Source: a virus (Duplodnaviria > Heunggongvirae > Uroviricota > Caudoviricetes). From it: a DNA stretch of 64,000 nt. The translations under genes were made by a program, and so were the position numbers. Positions within the stretch are counted from its first letter, which is position 1. Every line of letters begins with the position of its first letter. Under the pieces are notes generated by a model. The model was not told where the DNA came from, ran no database searches, and worked only from the letters and a program-made list of their open reading frames with translations. Shown one piece after another: positions 19,351-27,050 of the stretch. The stretch lies in the IMG/VR virus record IMGVR_UViG_3300037421_000106; one strand, written 5' to 3'.

Positions 19351-19701
19351 CTATTGCGGCGTGACGATGCCGTTGGAGTTCTCCGGATCGTGCTCGTTGG
19401 CACCCCACATCTGGTGCACGCGATTCGCATATTCCAGCGTGTCGCATTTAACCGGCATGTGGCTGCCGTCGTGACCCATACTTGAGCCTTCGCCGTAGCC
19501 GAAGTCCATCACCCGCGCGGCCGGGCTGGCGGCACCTGGCGCCTTTGCTTCGAACGGGCACTCGTGATCCTTGTTCGCTTCGCGCTTCGTGTTTTCCGCG
19601 ATGGCGATGGCTTGTTTCATCGGCATGTCGGGATGCGCATGCTTCTCGATGCTGATGTTTTCGCCGACCGATTTCTCGGTTCCTGTTTTGACCAGAGGCA
19701 T
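19351..19701 (-). CDS. Hypothetical protein
   Basis: 116-aa ORF downstream of capsid gene. Confidence 0.35.
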   Translation of the reverse strand: MPLVKTGTEKSVGENISIEKHAHPDMPMKQAIAIAENTKREANKDHECPFEAKAPGAASPAARVMDFGYGEGSSMGHDGSHMPVKCDTLEYANRVHQMWGANEHDPENSNGIVTPQ

Positions 19702-19711
19702 GATGCTCTCC

Positions 19712-19897
19712 TTACCTGATGAAACCTGCAGCGCGGAGTTCTACTTCAGTCCAACCCGCGGCCAAGAAATCCTTGATTGATATCCCTTGGGCCTTACTCG
19801 TCATGCGGATATCCTGGAATTGACTATGCGGTACGGTGCCACCGGCAGGCCGATTTGGATCGACACTAGGGGCCTTATGGGTAGCGGGTAACAGCAT
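19712..19897 (-). CDS. Small hypothetical protein
   Basis: 61 aa with strong SD (CAGGAGAATGAAATG) just after capsid-gene hairpin. Confidence 0.35.
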   Translation of the reverse strand: MLLPATHKAPSVDPNRPAGGTVPHSQFQDIRMTSKAQGISIKDFLAAGWTEVELRAAGFIR

Positions 19898-19906
19898 TTC
19901 ATTCTC

Positions 19907-19933
19907 CTGAAAGTGAAACGGCCTGGGGGTCGC
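19907..19933 (-). terminator. Hairpin (11-bp stem) downstream of major capsid gene, possible attenuating terminator
   Basis: AACGGCCTGGG-GGTCG-CCCAGGCCGTT perfect inverted repeat followed on minus strand by TTTCACTTTC. Confidence 0.35.
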
Positions 19934-19996
19934 CCAGGCCGTTCCGTTTGCGACCGCGGTGAGGACGGCCGAGTTCGGCTCGCGGAAAGGACTCTC

Positions 19997-21085
19997 TTAC
20001 ACGCCGTAGCGCGAACCCGCAGTCTCGGGGTACACGACTTCTACGACGCCGAGCCGGCAGAAGTAGGTCGTCATGTGCCAGATACCGCTGTACTGGATCG
20101 GCGTACGCTGAAGCGTGGTCATCGGGAAACGAACCCGGTTGTACTGCTTCGTGTAGCAGAACATCACGTCGTTCGAGCTCGTCTTCGTACCCGGGACACC
20201 GAAGTTCGGGCTCGGCAGACCGGCGTTCAGACCGACCAGCCACTTGCACGGGAAGATCTGCAAACCACCGCCCTTTTGCGCGCGCACGGTGATGTTGTTC
20301 TCTTCCAGGTAGCGCAGGATCGACACGTTGCCGGCATTCGATACCTTCTGCGTGCTGATGTAGCCGAAAACGATCGGCGGAAGCAGCAGACGGTTCGGCA
20401 TCACTGCCCACGCCGAGGCGGTCCAAACGCTGGTGATGAGCTCGTTCACGTCGGCCAGGATTTCATCCGGCTGCTTGCTCACCCACGGGGTTGAACCCGA
20501 GGCGCCCGTCGCCACGATCTTGGTGTTCGTAATCAGCGAGGAGTTCAGCAGGCCGGTATCGCCCGTGCCCAAGTCACCGACGTACACTTGCTCGTCGATG
20601 TCCATCTGGTGCTTCAGCTGCAGGAATTCGAATTTCTGCTGGTCGACAGGACGGCCCGTCTTCGCAGCGCTTTCGAGTTCCAGGATCGTGAACTTGACTT
20701 CCTGTTCCCAGATCCGCAGCGGGTTGGTGATCTTCGCGATGTCCAGCGACTGCGCACCGACCTGATTGGTCTGCTTGCCAGCCCACGACTTGCCACGGCC
20801 GACGGTGTTGCCGGTGCCGAGGCCGCCCGGCGAGCCGCCGGTCGACAGCGTGAACGAGGAGAGCTCGTCGGCGATCGTCACGTCGGAGCGCAGATCGATG
20901 TCACGGTGCCAGGTGACCGAAGCCAGCGGCATGTGCAGCGTCTGATCCAGACGTTCGAGCTCGCCCACCATGAACGCGCCGGTCGAGTCGACCGTGCGAA
21001 TCACTTGCCCCTTGGAGTCACGCACCTTACCGGGTTGCGACAGGGGATACCCATTGGGGCCCAGTTGAAGATTCGTCATGTCCAT
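19997..21085 (-). CDS. Major capsid protein (DUF2184-type)
   Basis: 362 aa, downstream of scaffold/protease and decoration-like gene, followed by hairpin; sequence character consistent with DUF2184 capsid family as recalled. Confidence 0.55.
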   Translation of the reverse strand: MDMTNLQLGPNGYPLSQPGKVRDSKGQVIRTVDSTGAFMVGELERLDQTLHMPLASVTWHRDIDLRSDVTIADELSSFTLSTGGSPGGLGTGNTVGRGKSWAGKQTNQVGAQSLDIAKITNPLRIWEQEVKFTILELESAAKTGRPVDQQKFEFLQLKHQMDIDEQVYVGDLGTGDTGLLNSSLITNTKIVATGASGSTPWVSKQPDEILADVNELITSVWTASAWAVMPNRLLLPPIVFGYISTQKVSNAGNVSILRYLEENNITVRAQKGGGLQIFPCKWLVGLNAGLPSPNFGVPGTKTSSNDVMFCYTKQYNRVRFPMTTLQRTPIQYSGIWHMTTYFCRLGVVEVVYPETAGSRYGV

Positions 21086-21125
21086 TGCAGTTTCCTTGGT
21101 TGTGCGCTGTCAGGCGTCAGATGGA

Positions 21126-21701
21126 TTAGCCGCCCAGAACAACTTCGGCCACGCCGAATTGGTCCGCCGGTCCGTTGTAGTACGCGTCGTCGACGATCAG
21201 CTGTGAGGTGGCTTGGGGATCGACCACCGATTCGAAGCCGCCAACCGGCAGAGTCGTAAAGCCGGTGCTGGCCGAAGTGGCTACACGGACGTACACGGGG
21301 GCGCCCAGTTGAACCGCAGCTGCGTAGGTGCCAGTCGGTTCGTTGACCGTAACCAGAACCCCGCCCGAAAGCGACAGCACATCAACCACTTGACCGGCGG
21401 TCGGGCCGCCCGCGTTGAACGCAGTGGCGCCAAACGTCTCGCCCGAACCGTTGTCTTGGGTCGGATACGGACGCGTGGTGATGCCGGCGATGCGGACCTT
21501 CGTGTTGCCTTTGGCGGTGTCGTCGGTGGTGTCGACGGCACGGACCGTGTTGGTCGCGCCATGGAACAGCACAGCCTGTCCGAAATACGTGGCCGGATTC
21601 GAGCCCGACGCGTCATTCATGAACGCACGGACCGAGCCGGGATGGATACGGGTGATTTCACCGGGACTGCCGGCGCCCATGCGATACGGAAAAGCGGCCA
21701 T
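21126..21701 (-). CDS. Putative head decoration/structural protein
   Basis: 191-aa G/T/A-rich protein between scaffold and capsid genes. Confidence 0.35.
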   Translation of the reverse strand: MAAFPYRMGAGSPGEITRIHPGSVRAFMNDASGSNPATYFGQAVLFHGATNTVRAVDTTDDTAKGNTKVRIAGITTRPYPTQDNGSGETFGATAFNAGGPTAGQVVDVLSLSGGVLVTVNEPTGTYAAAVQLGAPVYVRVATSASTGFTTLPVGGFESVVDPQATSQLIVDDAYYNGPADQFGVAEVVLGG

Positions 21702-21732
21702 GTTGATTCCTTGTCGTGGTCAAAAGTGGTTG

Positions 21733-23343
21733 TTACTCGGCAGTTTGTTGAGCCCAATGCTCTTCGTTCATCCGCTGCACGTCGGCGATCGAGAGAGGTC
21801 CGGTGCGACCCGCGCCAGCGCCCGTCTTTTCGGAGTCCGAGAAGCTGCGCATATCGGCGTGGCTCGTTTGAGCCTTGTGAATCGCGACGGCCGCCCGGAA
21901 AGTGCTGGTCACTTCACGGCAGCTACAGCCGGCGAAATCGAGATTCCGCGTGACTTGCGACAGGACTTTCTTGCCGTCTTCGCTCGCCGAGAACAGAATC
22001 AGGGCGTTCTTGCGCAGATTGCAGAGAGTGTCATACCCTTGGGCTGTCGGCAGCTTCGAGTCGAATGTCGGGATGCTGATGGTCGGGGCCAGGATCGCCG
22101 CGTCGCGCACCGTGTCAGCGAAAGATTCGACCAGCATTTCGGAGTCCCGCGCCTTGATCGCATCGCCCGTGTACTGGGGCGCTTCTTCTTTCAACTCGCC
22201 TTCAATCTTGCGATTGGCCTTCTCGTGCGCCGGCTCTTCGCCTTCGACTGAATCGACATGCTTGCCAGCCGCCTTGGCCATCTCTGCCATGTTGTCAGCC
22301 ATCTTCTTCATTTCGGCAAACCCGTCTTCGCACGTCTTCTTGATGTGCTCGATCGCGTCATCCTGGGCCTTCATCTTCTCGTGAAAAGCCGCGTTGGTCT
22401 CGGCATCCGCGAAAAACACTTTGCCACCGAAGGTCGCTGCATGTTCGCCGCCGACCGTGCCGGCGTTGTCTTTGGCTGAGCTCACGCGTTCTTCTCCTGT
22501 TTCGGGCAGCCCACCTTCGGGCTTGGTCGTTTCTGGCGCACCCAGATGGACGTGGATGTGCGTCGTCGATTCGTTGTGCTCGGGGTCACCGGTGAGTTTC
22601 ATGATGCCGTCGCTGTCTTCCATGGCCGCCTTCAGGGCAACCTTGTCGTCGCGCAACACGGCATCTTTGACTCGCTTCATCCAATCGGCAACCACTCGCA
22701 TAGCACTGTCCTCAATTCGGTGGGTTGTTTCTGCACCACAGGAACAGAGTATATCGGAACAATTCGCGTGCGTGCGCTGGCCCCACAAGTCGGGTCCTTC
22801 CGGCTGCATGGCGGAATCTCGCACGGCGCATCGAGTGCCGCATCGACCGGGAATATTGCGCAAGAACGCAACATGATTGATTCGGATCTGTCGTTGTGCA
22901 GCGTGACCCGGCCCGTAAATCTCATAGCGCGATTCGTAGCCACAGGAGAGTTCCTGTGTCGGATCCGCTTCTACTGCTGCGATCGCATCGGGGTGTTTGA
23001 AGATCAAATCCGCGAGCAGCAGATCATCCTCGATACCAGTGCCGCGCCGGATGTTCTGCATGTGACCACGCGACAGCATTGACCAATTGTCAGGAACAAC
23101 ATCGACGCCCGGATGATTGTCGACAATGTCTTTCCCTTCGGCACTAGCCATAGCCTCGGGCGCGAACACCTCTTCGGGATCGCGCTCGATCTTTATGATG
23201 CCGTCGGGGCCAGGCTCCAGTCCAACCTCATTGACGCTGTACAGCTGAAATCCGGTGCGCGCGATGGCGCACCCGGAGATCACGAGGAATCCCTCGGGCG
23301 TCTTTGAGCGATGCTCGGTGAGTTTGACTGGCGTATAAAACAT
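21733..23343 (-). CDS. Prohead protease/scaffold-like protein (DUF2213-like)
   Basis: 536 aa; globular N-terminus then long charged alpha-helical/coiled-coil C-terminal half (E/K/A-rich) as in scaffolds; upstream of capsid. Confidence 0.45.
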   Translation of the reverse strand: MFYTPVKLTEHRSKTPEGFLVISGCAIARTGFQLYSVNEVGLEPGPDGIIKIERDPEEVFAPEAMASAEGKDIVDNHPGVDVVPDNWSMLSRGHMQNIRRGTGIEDDLLLADLIFKHPDAIAAVEADPTQELSCGYESRYEIYGPGHAAQRQIRINHVAFLRNIPGRCGTRCAVRDSAMQPEGPDLWGQRTHANCSDILCSCGAETTHRIEDSAMRVVADWMKRVKDAVLRDDKVALKAAMEDSDGIMKLTGDPEHNESTTHIHVHLGAPETTKPEGGLPETGEERVSSAKDNAGTVGGEHAATFGGKVFFADAETNAAFHEKMKAQDDAIEHIKKTCEDGFAEMKKMADNMAEMAKAAGKHVDSVEGEEPAHEKANRKIEGELKEEAPQYTGDAIKARDSEMLVESFADTVRDAAILAPTISIPTFDSKLPTAQGYDTLCNLRKNALILFSASEDGKKVLSQVTRNLDFAGCSCREVTSTFRAAVAIHKAQTSHADMRSFSDSEKTGAGAGRTGPLSIADVQRMNEEHWAQQTAE

Positions 23344-23349
23344 GACGTG

Positions 23350-23619
23350 TTACTCGATGTCGTACGTGTCGCCCGATGCGCCGGCAAACAGAACCTGACC
23401 AATAGGTCCGTTGTAATTCAACAGGATCGCGCCGGCAACAGTGGCAGTCGGCGTCATCGTAACGAAATGCGCGCCACCATCCATACTCAAACTGATCGCA
23501 CGACTGGCGTTCGTCGAGTTCAGCTGGATGCTAAACGGAGGCGAGCCTGCGCCCACACCGGTCGCGACCGTGCCGCCAGCGGGGATAGTTCCGGATGAAA
23601 ACAGAGCGGGAGTGTCCAT
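23350..23619 (-). CDS. Hypothetical protein
   Basis: 89-aa ORF. Confidence 0.3.
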   Translation of the reverse strand: MDTPALFSSGTIPAGGTVATGVGAGSPPFSIQLNSTNASRAISLSMDGGAHFVTMTPTATVAGAILLNYNGPIGQVLFAGASGDTYDIE

Positions 23620-23649
23620 GATTGTGATCCTTTCAGGTGGAATTGTATC

Positions 23650-23979
23650 TCAAATATTTTCAGTGACGATGAGGCGAAACCCTCGGGGCTCGATACGACC
23701 ACCGACGGTGTAGATCGTGTTTAGGATGAAATAAGTGCCAATCGTGGGTGACGAGATCCACGTCGTGGTCACATTGGTTGGGATGTTTGTCGCGGGCGAG
23801 CTCGCGACATTCGGTGCTGGAACAGACCACGTGGAGCGTGCGATCTGATCGAGCGGGGACATGCCGGGCACCGCCGGCAAACCTGCAAGAAAATCGGTCC
23901 AATCAAGGCTGTAATCGCGAAACTCGCCTGGCGCCACGACGATGTACCAACCTTGTGCATCTTGAATGAAATCGCCCAT
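23650..23979 (-). CDS. Hypothetical protein
   Basis: 109-aa ORF. Confidence 0.35.
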   Translation of the reverse strand: MGDFIQDAQGWYIVVAPGEFRDYSLDWTDFLAGLPAVPGMSPLDQIARSTWSVPAPNVASSPATNIPTNVTTTWISSPTIGTYFILNTIYTVGGRIEPRGFRLIVTENI

Positions 23980-23987
23980 GACGGTCC

Positions 23988-25112
23988 TCAGAAGGGTAGC
24001 GACACTATACCGGTATCGCGATACTGCGCCGACACGCGAAGGACACCAGATGCCGCGGGAAGTCGAAGTGCGGGCCTTGCGATGTACGCCATACCGATTG
24101 CACGCACGATGTCATTTGTTTCTTGAATGATCGCAGTGGTCACCGGAAGCTTTGCTTTGGCGATGACCGCGTCTACAAGTTCGCGGATCGCTGCAGTGCC
24201 TGATGAAATGACTGTACCGCCCGAATGCGCAATGTCATTATGTTCTTTGATCAGGGCCTGGCCAATCGACGCAACTGTCGCGTGCGACAGCACCGAGTCG
24301 ATACGTTCGCGAATCGCTGCAGTACCTGTTGCTATAGGTGAGGCTAACGCGCGAAAAATATCATGAGACTCGAGAATTGCGGCAGTTCCTTGATTGGCAA
24401 TGGAAGTGGCCGAGCCTTGCGCGCGGTCCTGCTGTTCGAGCATGCTCTGCACTGAAAATGGTGCAGATGGCGGAGTGAAGTTCGCGGTGTAAACCGCTTT
24501 CCCCATCGTAATACGGGCTTCATCGATGAAACCATTCCAGGTACTGCTGGGAGAACCGTTAGCGGACCCGATCGCTTGACCGGTCATGCCTTTGATGATC
24601 GACCCACTGTATGAACCGGTTGGCGTTTGCGCGACACCGTCAAGGTACATGGTAAAAGTCGGACCGTATCGCACCCACGCGCCATGGTGCCATGATCCTG
24701 TGGATAGAACCGCACTCGGTGTACTTATCGCAACGCTCCAATTGGTAGAGCCGTCAGCGCTACCGCAGAGCATGAACATGTCGCCGTTATTGAAAAAGCA
24801 GAGACATCCCGAGAAGCCGGAGCCCTGAGATCCAAATACAACGGTTGATCCGCTAAGGCTGTTCGCGTATACCCAGGCCTCGAATGTCCAATCCTGAGTC
24901 AGCGGGGCGAAGATGTCATTGCTCGTGCTGATTAGCACACCACCACCGAGGCCTAGCGATGACGGGCCAAATTTTTGCTGAGTGGTGGAAAGTGCGGCAC
25001 CGCCAACAGCCGACCACGAGCTACCGAAGACATCGGTGAATGTGGTCGAGCCGTTGGTTCCGTCGAAGTGCAGTAGCGCTGTCGACGGGTCGGTGTAGAG
25101 GGTAGCGGCCAT
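23988..25112 (-). CDS. LamG/ConA-like lectin-domain protein with internal I-x-E-x-[HN]-D repeats, located in head module
   Basis: LHFDGTNGSTTFTDVFG...NGFIDEARITMGKAVY (LamG hallmark) plus repeats ILESHDIFRAL / IRERIDSVL / IKEHNDIAH / IRELVDAVI / IQETNDIVRAIG; paralog of 6974-7825 with repeat type of 5916-6971. Confidence 0.5.
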   Translation of the reverse strand: MAATLYTDPSTALLHFDGTNGSTTFTDVFGSSWSAVGGAALSTTQQKFGPSSLGLGGGVLISTSNDIFAPLTQDWTFEAWVYANSLSGSTVVFGSQGSGFSGCLCFFNNGDMFMLCGSADGSTNWSVAISTPSAVLSTGSWHHGAWVRYGPTFTMYLDGVAQTPTGSYSGSIIKGMTGQAIGSANGSPSSTWNGFIDEARITMGKAVYTANFTPPSAPFSVQSMLEQQDRAQGSATSIANQGTAAILESHDIFRALASPIATGTAAIRERIDSVLSHATVASIGQALIKEHNDIAHSGGTVISSGTAAIRELVDAVIAKAKLPVTTAIIQETNDIVRAIGMAYIARPALRLPAASGVLRVSAQYRDTGIVSLPF

Positions 25113-25124
25113 GCGCCGCTCCTA

Positions 25125-25727
25125 TTACGCGCCGTTGGCAGTGATCGTCATCGACGAAACTGCGACGGTCTGAGGGGCAGTGATCGTCGTCGAGTTCATC
25201 GACATGTCGCCGCCGAAGGTGATAGTCGTGGTGTTGGACACGCCGGCCGTGCTGGTGACGCTGATAGTTACCGTCGTCCCGCTGACCGCATCAACCACGG
25301 TATTCGGCAGAATGCCGGTGCCCGATACGGTCATCCCCGCCACGACACCCGTGGTCGACGTGAACGTCAGAACGTTACCATTGGCAGCGGTAGCCGCGCT
25401 GGTCGTCAGAGTGGTCGTCTGATAGATCGTGCCCTGCGCGATGACCGTGGTGCCGGCCGAGCTCGTGCAGATCCGCCAATAGCCGGCCGTACCGCTATTG
25501 CCGGCCGCCGCGCTGGTGATGGCCGACATGGTCAGCACACCGGCAGACGCCGCGCCGGCAATCGGATTGGACATGGGCAGCGACGCGAGCAGTGTACCCG
25601 TCGCGCCTGTTGCGCAACTGGCCGGCACCGCACCCGAATAAATCAACAGGAAGGCCGTCGTCGACGCCAGCGTGGTGATGTCATTCATGTTGTCGTTCTG
25701 ATGGGTAACACTGTATTGCACCGACAT
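25125..25727 (-). CDS. Ser/Thr/Ala/Gly-rich putative structural protein
   Basis: 200-aa low-complexity T/S/A/G-rich ORF. Confidence 0.35.
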   Translation of the reverse strand: MSVQYSVTHQNDNMNDITTLASTTAFLLIYSGAVPASCATGATGTLLASLPMSNPIAGAASAGVLTMSAITSAAAGNSGTAGYWRICTSSAGTTVIAQGTIYQTTTLTTSAATAANGNVLTFTSTTGVVAGMTVSGTGILPNTVVDAVSGTTVTISVTSTAGVSNTTTITFGGDMSMNSTTITAPQTVAVSSMTITANGA

Positions 25728-25730
25728 GGT

Positions 25731-26025
25731 TCATCCTTCATGCGCAAATTTGCGCTTTTTCCAAATTTCTTTTAACAGAGCCGACTGTTTTGCTCTGACC
25801 GCGGGATCTTGATATCGTCGCTTATGAGTATCGGACATTTTCTTCCGAGTCTCTTCAGATGCGACGTATGTTACCACTCCGACATGCGCTGCCGCAATTC
25901 TAGCACGATGTTCGGCAGACTTCGGGATACCCTTTCTTTTTCGCAAAGCCTGTAAACCTGCAGCCTTTTCCGATATAGAAAGGCGTGCCGTCGGGTTTAT
26001 GATGCGAATACGTATAAAACATCAT
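25731..26025 (-). pseudogene. Degenerate GIY-YIG/NUMOD3 homing endonuclease remnant (frameshifted, internally deleted)
   Basis: Frame A: MMFYTYSHHKPDGTPFYIGKGCRFTGFAKKKGYPEVCRTSC* (GIY-YIG-like Y..Y...YIGKG) then a 1-nt shift into frame with two NUMOD3-like repeats (IPKSAEHRARIAAAHVG; SEETRKKMSDTHKRR). The catalytic core of the GIY-YIG domain is missing (compare the intact copy at 49661). Confidence 0.5.
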
Positions 26026-26795
26026 TCAGGTTCCGGTAGAACCACCTGAGGCCAACAGCGACAATTGGCGTTACACCCGGGATGACTGCGAAATCCTGAT
26101 CGTTTATCCACGATGGGTGGTTCGTCCCATCGATGGAATGTACCGTCAAGTTCGTTATGATCCTTTCGCACATCCGAATCCTTTGATGTGCGCCAGAAAT
26201 AGCCAGGTGATCCCACATACAACGCCCTGGATTCAACCAGCGTCGAGGACGCGGTTGAGACAGCAGATCTCGCGAGCATGCGCGCCCGGGCAACCGTGAC
26301 GTCTTCGGTGCGGAGAATCTCTTCCGCAATCTCCGCGCTGCGCCGGCCGCCGGCATGTGCTTCCATCGCGAGATTGAAGACGCGGCTCGCCGCTTCGAGT
26401 GGAATGCTTTTGATTTCGTCGACCTGATCCGCGATCAGCGTTTGCATCGTGTGACCGATTGGCGTCGACTCGATCGCGTGACGCAGGTTCTGCCCGAGCT
26501 CTTGCGCCGTCGCATTCCATGCGTTTGCATCGCGACGCGCGACCTCTTCGACCATGCGCGCAGCTGTGGCGCGCGCCCACGGATCAAGCACGTCCGAATA
26601 TTTCTCCAGCGTGGTCACGAGGTCTGTCGGCCGGTGCGCGAGGCCTCGAATGATTGTGCCGACCTGGCGACCGACGGCGACCAGCTGGCGACCGTAACTC
26701 TTCTCCGCGTTTCGCACGCGCATGAAGTGCAGGCGCAAATTACGCGCCATTTGCTTGAAGGAAGGTTTCGCGTCAGTGATCATAAAATTGCCCAT
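26022..26795 (-). CDS. Phage head morphogenesis protein (Mu gpF / SPP1 gp7 family)
   Basis: C-terminal SDVRKDHNELDGTFHRWDEPP...HPGCNANCRC is the Phage_Mu_F signature; follows portal. Confidence 0.65.
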   Translation of the reverse strand: MGNFMITDAKPSFKQMARNLRLHFMRVRNAEKSYGRQLVAVGRQVGTIIRGLAHRPTDLVTTLEKYSDVLDPWARATAARMVEEVARRDANAWNATAQELGQNLRHAIESTPIGHTMQTLIADQVDEIKSIPLEAASRVFNLAMEAHAGGRRSAEIAEEILRTEDVTVARARMLARSAVSTASSTLVESRALYVGSPGYFWRTSKDSDVRKDHNELDGTFHRWDEPPIVDKRSGFRSHPGCNANCRCWPQVVLPEPE

Positions 26796-26825
26796 TAAGC
26801 CAGATAATGGGAAATATATGTTACA

Positions 26826-27050
26826 TCAGACGACACGATTCAGACTCGGATTCAGCGTGGGGTCGAGCGACGCTTCAGCTTCGCCCGTCATCATCAGCAC
26901 GTGTTCGAGCTCGGATTTCTGGGACTGTTCGACGTTCTCTTCAGCGGCTTGCTGATAAAAATCCTGTACGAGCGAATCCCACGTGCGAGCGCCGTAGGCC
27001 GAGGTATACCCCTCGACCTTCGCCATTGCTTCGCGATCAAGCTTTTCCAT
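26826..27050 (-). CDS. Small hypothetical acidic protein
   Basis: 74-aa ORF between portal and Mu-F genes. Confidence 0.3.
   Translation of the reverse strand: MEKLDREAMAKVEGYTSAYGARTWDSLVQDFYQQAAEENVEQSQKSELEHVLMMTGEAEASLDPTLNPSLNRVV

Noticed and set aside
20588-21259. 223-aa plus-strand ORF
   Set aside because: Antisense to major capsid gene
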